From contig OU015569.1 of NCBI GenBank assembly GCA_907165135.1, forward strand, positions 6,510,001-6,574,000: 64,000 bases of DNA, written 5' to 3'. A program made the translations under genes and the position numbers. Source of the stretch: Oikopleura dioica (taxonomy: Eukaryota; Animalia; Chordata). Shown piece by piece: positions 1 through 10,800 of this stretch (position 1 is the stretch's first letter; every line of letters begins with the position of its first letter). Below the pieces are notes generated by a model. It was not told the origin of the DNA and did no database searches. It was given only the letters and a program-made list of their open reading frames with translations.

Positions 1-436
1 CACACCATGACTTCTCCCACTGATACGTCGACGGAAAAATTCACTCTATTTATTACCACTATTATCGATGATGCTCTCTACTTGTCCGTACCCACTGCCT
101 TTAACATTGATGAAACTGATAAAAAGGAGAATAAATTGCCGCGGCCTGATCCGCCAAGTCACGACCAAATAAAAGTCTTTTACTCGCACTGAATTTTCTC
201 TTCGGCAAAGTCAAGCGTGTTATCAGCAGGACAGAAAAGTTCTGATCTCTTGAGAACATTATGCTGCGAATAAAAATATTTTCAAAATGAAAAGGATGTT
301 CGGCAAATATAGTTCGGTAGAAAACGCGAGATTCTCATAAGAGGAAAATTTCATTTCATTTTGCTCTCTTGGGCGGAGCAGCTGCGATTGGACGCGGCAC
401 GCTGCCTCCACCACCACAGCACCAATAACATTTCAT
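1..436 (-). CDS. 5' part of an unidentified multi-exon gene running off the window start
   Basis: Phase-compatible splicing by eye gives MKCYWCCGGGGSVPRPIAAAPPKR / HNVLKRSELFCPADNTLDFAEEKIQCE / PRQFILLFISFINVKGSGYGQVESIIDNS / VGEVMV, using two ~37-38 nt GT-AG introns and an assumed GC donor. No family recognised. Confidence 0.35.
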
Positions 437-533
437 TTTTGTATTCTTTGGAAAGGAAAGCATCGTTCTTGCATCTCATCGAAAATGAAGCAGTACGAGA
501 ATGGATAAGAAGATATGAGCACTGTACAGAGAT

Positions 534-1818
534 ATGTTTCGATTCCTGAATGTTCAAGTCTGCCGAGGCCTTTTTCTTCTTATCCTGACTACGATAGTTT
601 TTTACACTTTCACAGGTAGGTTTCTTTTTTTACGTAATTATATCCTCGCAGGAATCCCGCTTAATCAAGCTCAAAAAATAATTGAACAGAGAAAAAAATT
701 AATTTAAAACGTCTGTATGCAAAGTGTGAGCCATTTGTCTCCTATTAGAAAGTAATTGAAGCTTGCAAATACTTTGTTTTTGCGTCGTTGCATTCAATTC
801 CCTATTTATGGACTGTTGGGTTTGCCACTGTAAACAGCCAAATTTCAGAACGACCTACAGTTGAAAACATTCCTCAAAGCGGCGCTGAGAACGGCCTGTC
901 CGCCTCAGTGCCGAGACGAGGAGCTCCACCACCTCCGCCGAGCGACGCTCGCGACTGTACATTCGATCTTCCAAAGAATTTAATCATTCACCCGATCCGA
1001 GACGAGCTGGAGGGTTTACTCCTCAATCTCTTCTATCGAATCGGTCTTTACGAGGATGCTCAGTTTTTGCTACCAAAGGTTCGCAACAGCTTGGAATGCC
1101 CGGACTTATTTTCTTTTGAATAGACGGTATCAGATTTCAACGAGGCCGAAGAAAGCGATTTGCGAATAATTTTCTGCTTCGAGTCTTGTAGTTTTCTCTT
1201 CAACTCAGATGTTATTCCGCGTTTCACTGTTACAGCTCTATCTAACCCGCTTCTGTCATCCACGTCATCTTCTACTCCGAACCCGATCGCCAAGGCCTTT
1301 GACTTTGACCCGAGCAACACAGATGAAGGATACATCCAGTCAGTGGTAGTCATCCTCAAATCGAGGCTAGACTTCGTCATAATCCGGTATCTTTGACAGT
1401 ATCACTCTGATCTTAACTCTACTTTTCAAGCGAGCATTTGTTAGAGAGCTTGATTTACCTCCGTCACAAGTTGTGTCTCGATTGGGAAGATGTGCTCAAT
1501 CTGGACAAAGTTCCCCTCTTGAAAAGCTTGAAGACACAAGAAGTCGAGCAGACGAATACTGTGAGGCACTTACCAAAAATAAGAATCTATATTTTTTAGC
1601 TTGACTGGAGAATCTACAACTATTTTAACGAAACTCTCTGGGACTTATTGGATTCTGAAATACGCGATTTGGAAAAGGAACGCGATGCTTTTCTCTTTCA
1701 TCTGAATCGAATGAATTCTGTCTGCTCGAATCTCGCTTTGGCCAGCTCAAGCGACAAGGACTTTTGCGACGAGCTCAGCCTCACTGGTGAGAATATTCTT
1801 CGTTTGTTAACTAACTGA
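534..1818 (+). CDS. Galactose-3-O-sulfotransferase (GAL3ST)-like type II membrane protein with degenerate PAPS-binding motifs
   Basis: Exon 1 (534-615) encodes a signal anchor, MFRFLNVQVCRGLFLLILTTIVFYTFT. Spliced downstream segments match GAL3ST family motifs: NPIAKAFDF, LDFVIIREHLLESLIYLRHKLCLDWEDVL (cf. FDLVLIAEYFDESLVLLRRLLCW) and LDWRIYNYFNETLW (cf. LDWxLYxHFNRTFW). GT-AG introns start near 616, 1079, 1388 and 1561; stop at 1816-1818. Confidence 0.75.
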
Positions 1819-1979
1819 TTCGACAATACTTTTTTACCTGAATATAAATATTTTGCACCTATCAATAATAACGTATATAAATTATATAAAATAGAATGTA
1901 ACAATCAATTCTCTTTTAACGTGTCAATTTATTGAAGGCAAAGTAAGATACATAACTGGCGTTAGGACAATTACTCATT

Positions 1980-2300
1980 CTAAACAGAGAATGCAGGTGC
2001 AGAAAGGCTTCTGTGAAATAAGGGAGTATCCTTAAACTCGACAGCAATTTTGTATGTTGGAGGCTTCACACCCATTGTTGGAGAAAGGGTTTCTTTGGAA
2101 ACATCGAAGTATTTTGGAAGATCGCTTTGGATGTCGAAAGAATCATTCGTTATACCGTTTACTACATCATCTGTTGTATTTTCATCTCTTCGAGAATTGA
2201 GGAGATATTTAATTGTTGAAAAAGCGTAGTAGATGATCAAGAAAAGCCCAAGGAGCACGGCTAAAACGCAAAGAAGAATACCAACGTCAACTCTGTCCAT
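1980..2300 (-). CDS. Small single-pass membrane protein (106 aa) with PY motifs
   Basis: Intronless ORF with one N-terminal hydrophobic helix (VGILLCVLAVLLGLFLIIYYAF) and a cytoplasmic tail containing LPKY and PPTY. Confidence 0.6.
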   Translation of the reverse strand: MDRVDVGILLCVLAVLLGLFLIIYYAFSTIKYLLNSRRDENTTDDVVNGITNDSFDIQSDLPKYFDVSKETLSPTMGVKPPTYKIAVEFKDTPLFHRSLSAPAFSV

Positions 2301-2791
2301 AATTTCTTACGCGATGCTCAGTTCAATTCTCTTTTCCAGAAGAAAAAAATTCTATTTTTTTGTGAGTCTGCGGGGTAAAATTTTTCAATGAATGAATTGT
2401 CTCCATGAGAGTGTCTCCTTGGCGGAGGACTTTGCTCCGCGCGTAAAATCATTGCGCATATTGACTTTTGGACTTTGCATGACAATTCTCGAATATTTTG
2501 CTTGCATTAATCGTTAATGAGAATTTCCACATAATAAGAATTTCTTACATAGAAATGATTCAGAGTTTATTTTGATCTTTTGAAGCACTAGAATTCAAGA
2601 GCATCGTTAGGAAAGCTTATCCATCCTCCAAAGATTTTTAGTATTACTTATTGCTTGCGAAATCTTTTGAAAGAGATCCTGATGCAAAAGCGTCAATCGT
2701 AAATTTAATGCAAATATTACGAGTTCAAAGGATATCTTTGATGAAATTCAGATGAATTTATTAAAGAATTTCAATTCTCCGGAAAAGCTTT

Positions 2792-2888
2792 TACTGTGCC
2801 ATCCGCTACTAGTTGCCGGTCCGTTTCACTGCTACTAGTTGTCGCGAGGGTCGCATTTAGGCGGCAACTAGTAGCGGATGGCACAGTA
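2792..2888. mobile_element. 97-bp MITE-like element with perfect 27-bp inverted repeats
   Basis: TACTGTGCCATCCGCTACTAGTTGCCG at 2792-2818 is the exact reverse complement of 2862-2888. Both ends carry TA, a possible target-site duplication. A partial third copy (GCTACTAGTTG) lies inside at ~2831. Confidence 0.6.
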
Positions 2889-3106
2889 TTTGCATGAGAA
2901 TGCTGAGAAAAGAGACTTCGTGGCACGACGAAAATATTTATTGAGTCTGCTAAATTTAGGGCGCGAAGGGGCGATCAACCCATTGACCCAGAATTTTGGC
3001 GCCAGCTGATGTCGCAACAGTTGATTGATTCGTTGAAAATTTCGATCGCATTTCAGAATACCGCACAAAAATCGCAGAAAAATAATCGAAGCACAAAAGA
3101 GAAAAA

Positions 3107-3306
3107 ATGAAAACAGCTCCCATTCGCCTTATTACCAACGCCAAAGCCACTCTTCCAGCCATTCTGTAAGTCCATTTGATCTTTATGAATTATTATTTGT
3201 TCCTTTCAGACCTCCATTGACCTTCCCAACTCTCCGAAAGCAAACTGCAATCAAGAACCCTGTCGAGCTCATGGAGATTCCACTTCTCAAGAAGCTCAAG
3301 AAATAG
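3107..3306 (+). CDS. Two-exon micro-protein (51 aa), basic and Pro-rich
   Basis: Exon 3107-3165, a canonical 44-nt intron (GTAAGT...TTTCAG, 3166-3209) and exon 3210-3306 join in frame as MKTAPIRLITNAKATLPAILPPLTFPTLRKQTAIKNPVELMEIPLLKKLKK. A TTTCAG acceptor lies upstream at ~3052-3057. Confidence 0.55.
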
Positions 3307-3383
3307 CTCATGAACATAATACTTGACCCTGGTTATAATTAGAGGACTCGTTTAATCTGTATCTGTTATTGGTTTTCAAATTG

Positions 3384-4237
3384 TTAACCCCTATACCCGA
3401 AGCTGCCTAAAGAACCCCCTTACCCGAAGTGTACAATTTTTGTCGATTTGGCCTTCCTCTGGAGATAATCTTCTGAAAATCTCAGATTATACATAAACGA
3501 ACATTCTCTTTCAAACTGCACTTTTAGATTTTTCGAAAAATCTATATAATTGGCGCTAGAATTAATCTTTTCTTATAAATCTGGGCATTCTTGGATAATC
3601 ATTCTCTTTTCTTAACTAAGGGTTTGGCATATTTACAGATGCCATCTATGCAAACAATACTGTTGTGCCCTCAACCGGTACCTGCATATCTCCTGCTGAG
3701 TCAAGACTATAAATTCTTCCGCGCGCTTGATTTTTATCAAAAAATTGTAAAAAATGGAATCGGATGGAGAATCCGATTCGGAAAATTTGAATGAGGAAGA
3801 GAGTTTCATGACAGATGTAGAGATACAGGAATGCCTTCAAGAAGCAGAAGAAGAAAAGCAAAAGCTCATCGGAAAATCAGTAATTTTTTCATTATCGCTA
3901 TTTATTATGTCATAATTATGTAAAATATTCATCCTACCCTTCTGAAATTGTCAAATTTGAATTCTCCGTACTCGAAAACCTATAAATAAACTAAAAACAA
4001 AAGCTCAGAGACTCTCGAAAGATTTTTGTTTCTTTGGAGCGCGCGAGTTGAGTTGAGAAAATCAGTACTGGTGCAGTACTCGTGGGGCTTATCAGGCTGA
4101 AATTCCGTGGAGAGGTGCGTAATGCGTGTGCAAATACTCATCTCAGTTTTCAGGTTGTTCCGATTCACCACTTCCGTTTGGCGGGCGATTATATCCCGAA
4201 ATCGACAAAAATTGTACACTTCGGGTATAGGGGTTAA
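3384..4237. mobile_element. Non-autonomous piggyBac-like element (~846 bp between TTAA sites)
   Basis: Left end TTAA-CCCCTATACCCGAAG[27-nt insert]TGTACAATTTTTGTCGATTT (3384-3449). Right end AAATCGACAAAAATTGTACACTTCGGGTATAGGGG-TTAA (4199-4237). TTAA flanks and CCC termini are piggyBac hallmarks. An acidic ORF fragment, MESDGESDSENLNEEESFMTDVEIQECLQEAEEE, starts inside at 3754. Confidence 0.6.
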
Positions 4238-4514
4238 CAATTTCGTTTTCTGTTTAAAAATACAAAAAGAACAAAAAGGGTTCATTTTCTCAGGCCTTAT
4301 TTCATTAGAAACAATAAGTGAGCTTCATATTTTCTACGACAGTACTTGGAAACTGCATCTGCGAAAATAGGGCACAACATTAAATTGAATTGGGCGCCCT
4401 TAGATAATTTACTGAACTGAGGTTTAGCTGAGTGTGATCCATCTTAGTTCCTCGTCGACTTGCGGAATAGCTAATGTGCACATCTCGAAAAAGATTATCC
4501 CAAGAAACGCGAGA

Positions 4515-5358
4515 AATGCAAAATCACAAATGCCAGACAAAACATACTCGAGTTTCCGTGCTCAACGAAGAAAACAGAGAGTGGCGATATTCCAAACTTC
4601 CAAAACGAAAGTTCACTTCGAGTTGCTTAACTCCTGCTCAGAGAAGAGCAGTTATAAACCTCAGGCACTGTGTCTTCTATTCGCTTCTAGACGGCTAAAA
4701 TTGAGCGAAAAAAAGATATCACCAAGAATTATTTATTTACCATCGCTAATTTGCGTTATCATACATGCAGACAAAACGTAAGCGTCAAGTTTCGAGTCAA
4801 TCGTCCATTATCTCATTTTTCATTCATCAGTGAAAATATAGCTATTAGCGACAACTAAACAGAATGTCCCAGGGCCTCCTTGGAAAGAAGAGAATTCTGA
4901 CGGCGTTAAACTATTCAGGTTAGGACGAAACCAACAGCCACTAATATGATTATGCATTTTTTCGTTGCTCGCATTTTTTTAAATTTGTTTGAATCGATTT
5001 TCGTCAGAATCAGTTTAAATAGAGAACAAAAATCCGGAATGCACGACCAGCGTTTCGGTAATCCCGCATCAGCAACAACATCCCCTAATCCAGCAACAAG
5101 GTCCGAGAGAGACGCATTTTCTCATCACTCAGCAGCAAAATGCCATAAACAAAATGACAGAAAAAGGTAAAGACGACTGTTGTTGTTTCGACAGAATATG
5201 GCACGAATACCAGCGACGACTCTTCCTTGATTGCAAATGTTTTTTTAGAGAGTAAAGATGAGGAAGATGGCTTATTGGAACTAAACACAGACTCGGAAGA
5301 AGCCGCTAGGCTGGAAAACTGCATCATTTATGCGATTTTCGTGATTTTTCTAAGCTAG
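4515..5358 (+). CDS. Hypothetical multi-exon protein with Gln-rich and acidic segments
   Basis: The last two exons splice through a 28-nt GT-AG intron (5167-5194): ...IPHQQQHPLIQQQGPRETHFLITQQQNAINKMTEK-EYGTNTSDDSSLIANVFLESKDEEDGLLEL...*. Further GT donors at 4779 and 4919. The 5' end is unresolved. Confidence 0.35.
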
Positions 5359-5702
5359 GGGAGTAAACATATAATCATAATTAATTAGTTAAAAGAACTC
5401 ATATTTATTCTCGAAAAGCTTTGTCTTCGCCTTTGTTGCTTATTTGGTGACGATTAAAGCCACCCCAGATGAAACTCCTCCTGAATACCGATTCGACACT
5501 CATGAATGAAAACAACATGAACACTTTTGTATAGCAATAAAATAAATTTAATAGTGCTTGACTCCAAGATAAAGCAATGCTCCAAGAACTGCCATCGGAA
5601 AAATGAGTAGATATGTTCTGTCGCCATCGGTAGGTGTAACGGTTGAAAAATCGACCAGATTATTCCTATTCCTAAATTCAGTTCAGATTTGAAGTCCTCG
5701 AG

Positions 5703-6054
5703 TAGCGGCGATCATTTTGACACCACATTTGTCGATGATCTCAGCTTGTAGAACAGGCTTTATTTTATTAGAATAAATACCCAGAAATTGTAAACAGGGC
5801 CTATAGTAAGTAGAAGAGGGCTTCTTCGAGCTCTGTTACTCACTACAGTCCCTTTCTACAATTTCTGTGAACTCATTCTAGTAGAATAAAGCCTGCTCTA
5901 CAAGTTGAAACTATCGGCGTGCTGATTGGGTGGAGTATTCATCCCTTCACGCGCTCTTGAAAAATTCAAGTGCTCATTTTAGGATTTCAGATACCCGTTT
6001 ATGGTCGAAAATCCAATAAAAATCCGACGAATTCGGTGTCGAAATGATCGCCGC
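5703..6054. repeat. Degenerate foldback palindrome (MITE-like) with ~110-bp insertion in the right arm
   Basis: 5782-5818 pairs with 5831-5867. 5742-5775 pairs with 5875-5907. 5704-5724 (AGCGGCGATCATTTTGACACC) pairs with 6035-6055. The centre is at ~5825. Confidence 0.6.
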
Positions 6055-6811
6055 GACAAGGCAAATTCAAATCTGACCTTCAAGTTAAAAAAAAATATAA
6101 TGGACACGATTTTCAGACCGTAACATCTACCCATCGGTTACATGATGATTGGTCTCGTGCTCGTGAGTTGCAGCTTTGTATCTTTACTTCTGTGTTATAA
6201 ATTAGTTACAGACGACTTACTTTCGCTTTTCTATCCATTCAACTGGCACTAGCGATGCCATGTATTGATAGCAGAAAAGGGTCGGCCATGGAAGAACGAT
6301 AGATTTCATTGAGTTAAGAATTTATGAATATTATTTTCTTACTTTGTAAAATAGATATCAAACTTCGACAGATGCTATAAACGCTTTTTGATAATAGGAA
6401 GCGTTTTGGCAGACCCTTTAACAGACACTTAGTCTGTTTCACATAAGCAACATGGAAGAAATAATATATCAATAAGCTTAGGGATTATAAATTAAAAAGT
6501 AGGATAAAACTAAACGTTTGTGAAACTCATCTGTGTGTATCGTATAATTGCGTATAAAAAATAAAGAATAGGACGCCAGATATACAGCAAATACCTGTAG
6601 TTTGCCTTAAAAACTGTGATAAAAGGCCACTCATGATGCTGCAGAAAAATGAAAGTCTCTCTTTATTTCAGAAAATACTCGTGGTTCGCCTTTGAAATGT
6701 GCATATTGCGCTGATTAAGTCTGAGCCGACATTTATTGACATATTTCTGTAACCTTTGATTTTTATTCAAATATTGATCAAATTTGAGGAAACCCTTTTC
6801 TAAACTAAGAT

Positions 6812-7084
6812 TTAATTAAGAAACTGTTCTTGATCAGGGATGGAACTATGGCCGAATTTAGTGGTGATAGTGGTAGTGGTAATGGTGGTAGTGGTGGTGG
6901 TGGTAGAGGTGGTGGTGTTTGTGGTGGTGGTGGTAGTGGAAGTGCCATGCCGCTGTGCCGTGCCGCTCATATTTCCACCCCTGCTCTTGATATTGCCAAG
7001 CCGGTTGAAACCGAATCGAGATCTCATCATGAGATCAACGGCTGACAGTGAGAGGAGTGTAGAAAGAATGACGAGGAAATTCAT
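6812..7084 (-). CDS. Small secreted Thr-rich (mucin-like) protein, 90 aa
   Basis: Signal-peptide-like start MNFLVILSTLLSLSA followed by a poly-Thr tract encoded by (ACC/ACT)n. A splice acceptor lies ~30 nt upstream of the ATG. Confidence 0.6.
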   Translation of the reverse strand: MNFLVILSTLLSLSAVDLMMRSRFGFNRLGNIKSRGGNMSGTAQRHGTSTTTTTTNTTTSTTTTTTTITTTTITTKFGHSSIPDQEQFLN

Positions 7085-7149
7085 TTTGGAAAATTTTCCT
7101 TTGGATTGTCTTTCTACAATGAAAATGAAAGAATTTTTAAATACTTTTT

Positions 7150-7830
7150 TCATCTCAGTGTCTTGAAATATCTTCTGAGTCCATTAGATCGTCGGGAGTG
7201 CGCGTTGAACTTGTATGTCGGCTGCAAGTTGGCAATTGATCCGTAAAGAGCGTTTGGTCCGGCTTTGTTGAAGGAGTAGACTACTATTAGTCGTTTCCTA
7301 TACTTCTTGAAATGTGGTGAAAAACTAACCAAAGAGTTAAAAGTTTAGCTCATTGGTGATTGAAGGAGGCGACTTCGCATGAGTAAAGCAAAGTACTTGA
7401 GAACTTTCCGTCAAGGGAGATGTCGTTTTCAGTGTCTTCAAAATAATCGAATCAGGGCTGATTGATCGTGCCGCCGGAATCCTCAGTCGACGAACTACTG
7501 TCGCGACCACTTTTAGCTCACGTGCGAAGAAAATAAAACAAAAAAGTAGAGATAGCCAGCTCCTCAACCTGGTTACGCTCCTTTGACTACGATCTACTCT
7601 TATGTTGCGCCTTCTGAGCTTTTCTCGATAAAGGAAACTATTCTAGCGAAAAAAAAATGATCCAATGGAACTGTTAATTAGTTATTTTGGTTTCTTTCTT
7701 CATGATTTGGCGAGCTTTAGGTGATGTAAATTTGTCGGCGTGGTCGCCGGCCGGAAGCAAGAGTATGTTCAACACTCGCCAGCAAGCCACAAAATCAGAA
7801 CATATCTAGTAAGACCGTTAATGCTATTCA
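7150..7830 (-). CDS. Unidentified gene; only the terminal exon is clear
   Basis: Terminal exon ...SPHFKKYRKRLIVVYSFNKAGPNALYGSIANLQPTYKFNAHSRRSNGLRRYFKTLR*. Upstream protein-like segments (DYFEDTENDISLDGKFSSTLLYSCEV; NSFLYREKLRRRNIRVDRSQRS) could not be joined unambiguously. Confidence 0.35.
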
Positions 7831-10800
7831 TTAAACGACATCTCCTACGTATTCAAACGTGACTGTCTTTTGTAGTTTTGCCGAAAAAAGCGCCACCATG
7901 CGGGGCACTTTCTCTTCCGCCGGAAGTGCTCTGATTGGCCAAAGCCAGAGAGGCACTAAAGACACACGAACCAGAGTGTGACTACTTCTGAGTTCTTTTT
8001 CGTCGTAATTTCTATTCTGATCGCTTTGGATGCCAGCGATGTACGCAAATATTTGGCCATGTTTTTGGAATTATTCATAAGAGTCTTATTTTAGATTCAT
8101 CGTGACAATAATATTTCGTGCGGGACTCGAGTGTTTGAATTGTATTTGAACTTCGCCAAACTTTGAGTTCGCGACAATACCCTTACAGTATGTCGAAAAA
8201 AATCAAGAATAGTGTTCGAATAAGGTGCCCTGCTAGTCATAACATTATCAGTAGAAACTGGAGTGATTGCTTTATTACTCTAGGAATTTCCCAAAGAGAG
8301 AACTTCGACCTTGTTTATCGCCTTTTTATGGACTGGGAAAATGTGGGAAATTTGCTCTTGCTGGTTAACAATATCCGGGCATGGAGACGGGCGCGTAAGG
8401 CATGGCATGGCGACCGGTTTTCTCCCGGAAACGGCAGCCGAAAATTGTTCAAAGCGATGACCGAAAATAGTTTTTACTGTTGGACAACGAGTCGCCACAA
8501 TTAGCTTATTCACATCTTTTTTCCTTGACTTCCTCGACGGCGAATCCAAGATACGCCATTGATTAGGCACTCGGGGTAATTATACATCTTCCAAGAGCAG
8601 CGGTCTTTTTTAGTTCTTGCTGCTTTGAGCGCCCGAATTTGAAGCCCGAATTAATATTAATCAGTAAGACTTTTCGTTTCTTTTTGTGCATTTTGGGCGA
8701 CTTTCCGGTTTGAAAGTTTTCACTTTGCGCGCGGCGTCTACTTCACAGCACGCGCCGCCAGAGCTGTGAGAGTGTTACAAGACTGTGCCGTGGATGGTAG
8801 AAACTGACCTGAGCAGAAATCATTTGAGCCCGCGAGTTGAGCCACAGTTCTTCTCAGGTTCCCATACAATGCGTTCATTTCCGCTATATTATTCACTCAA
8901 AATATCCCAAAATCTGATCTTGGCATACAGAGAATGAAAAACCCAATAATAAAAATGATTGGTGTTGAGTTTTTCGCTGGTCGAAGGTGGACTCCTTTTA
9001 ATTGCATGACTAGTTCTTCGCACTCTCAATTTCGTTTATCAGATGGTGAGAAGTAGCACTTGGAAGTTGCCCCAGTCGATAAAATCAAAACCAAGATCCG
9101 GACGTGCGTCTTCAGTTCCAAAACTAATTTTGCCAAAAACGAACCTGAAAGGGTTCCGGATGCGGCTACTTCCGGCAAGATTGGCACACATATACAAATG
9201 ATATTGACGGAATAGCGATGACAGAATTCCTACCTGAAAATCTGGAATAGGCTCTTTATCAAAGAGCAGGAACATAAAAAGCATAGCTCGAATACCGGTA
9301 ACAAAAGCTGGTTTCCAAAGACTCGTTCCATGGATTCTGAGAACAGACGAAAGAAAATCGCCTGGTTATCAAGTTAGACTTTGTAGTCAATAGCTTTATG
9401 CATTTATATCTTTATGTTTTGCACTACTATGCATCAGACGTATTTATAGCCTTCACTGACAAAGAGCAGTCGGAGCGACGTGCCGATTTGTCTCTGCCCT
9501 GCTCGGCAATAATTAAACGCCAGAAAGGCAGTTTCAGTCGTGATAGTCTTCTTTCTGCGGGGCGATTCCACCTTTTCGTCATTTTATGACACTTCTTAAG
9601 GGTGCTTCACACAGGAAGGTTTAAAAAGTGTTAAAATTCATCTCGCAGGCAGGGTTCCAGTCCTAGACCGGATACAATAAAGGCCCTTTGATGATTTAGC
9701 CCCTGCAAGTAAGCCACAGTAGGTCCTGCAACAGTAGCATGTTTGTGATCGGCGAAGAAAGAGGCCTTTGTATTCGCGGTTGGGTACTCTATCTCTGGCG
9801 GCGGTGGAGGACAATCTCTGGGATTATCCGCCAGTTTAAGAAGCGCTCAACATGCTGTTCACCGACTGGGCGCTTCCGGCGAACGTGTTTGATAAGAGGC
9901 GCAAGGCGCTGATAGCGGAAAAGTGATAAGGAACAGAACGAGAACGCCCCTCAATTTTTCAACCCATCCGTCATTGTCGATGCCAATCAAAGCGTAAAAA
10001 GCAAAATGCTCGTCAATTGCTTTTTAGCAAATCCATTCTAAACCTTCCACCTACAGTCCGGTCAATCTATTCGCTTCCAGTAATTTTCGAATTGCCAAAG
10101 CTTATTATTTGAAGACCAAAAATGGTGTTTACGTTTGGAAAATGTTGAGTTTTGAACATGAAACATTGAAATATCAAAAATCCACTTTCCGCGTTGAGTA
10201 AACTACTCGACTTTCCTCGAATCGCGCAAAAACGATTTTAGATTTTTTGTTTTACGAACAACTCAGACAGAGCCCTTGAAGTGCAACGAGGAAATACCTG
10301 ACCTCGAATTTTCCTTCAAGGGTCGCTTTCATCACCTGAGCGTTACTTTTACCTTCCAAATAGAAAGCTGTTTTGCCAGCCTAAATGTCGCTTTTTGAAG
10401 AAGCCTGTTACTTATCCAAATTCTGGGATCTAAATTTTGGGAAAGAAGCAAGCCGGTGACTGAGTTCAAGTCTTTTCATAAGTCGCTAATTTTACTGTCA
10501 AAGTTGTAACTGAAGTGGAAAATCTTCACACACTGTAATAAAACTTGCCGGGCGGCGGAAGCGTGCGCTCGGAAGTACTTTTCACATATGCATCGACACA
10601 TTCAGAAAGGGATTACGAAGTATAAGATCCGAAAGGATGTTTATGTCTAAGCCGGAGTTTCCGGGATTAAAAATGAAGAAAGCCAAAATAACTCATCATC
10701 TTAGGTAGGTTCTTGCTTAATTTTTACGGCCATGTTTGTAATTGAGAAATTCGGAGGCGCGTGATTTGCTCTCAGCGTGACTCTTCTGATAATCGTAACT

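Noticed and set aside
6830-7166. Plus-strand Gly-rich and Val-rich ORFs
   Set aside because: They are antisense shadows of the (ACC/ACT)n poly-Thr tract in the minus-strand secreted gene.
8330-8420. CHALRARLHARILL as a tyrosine-recombinase HxLR motif
   Set aside because: A four-residue match in a stop-bounded frame with no other catalytic residues found.
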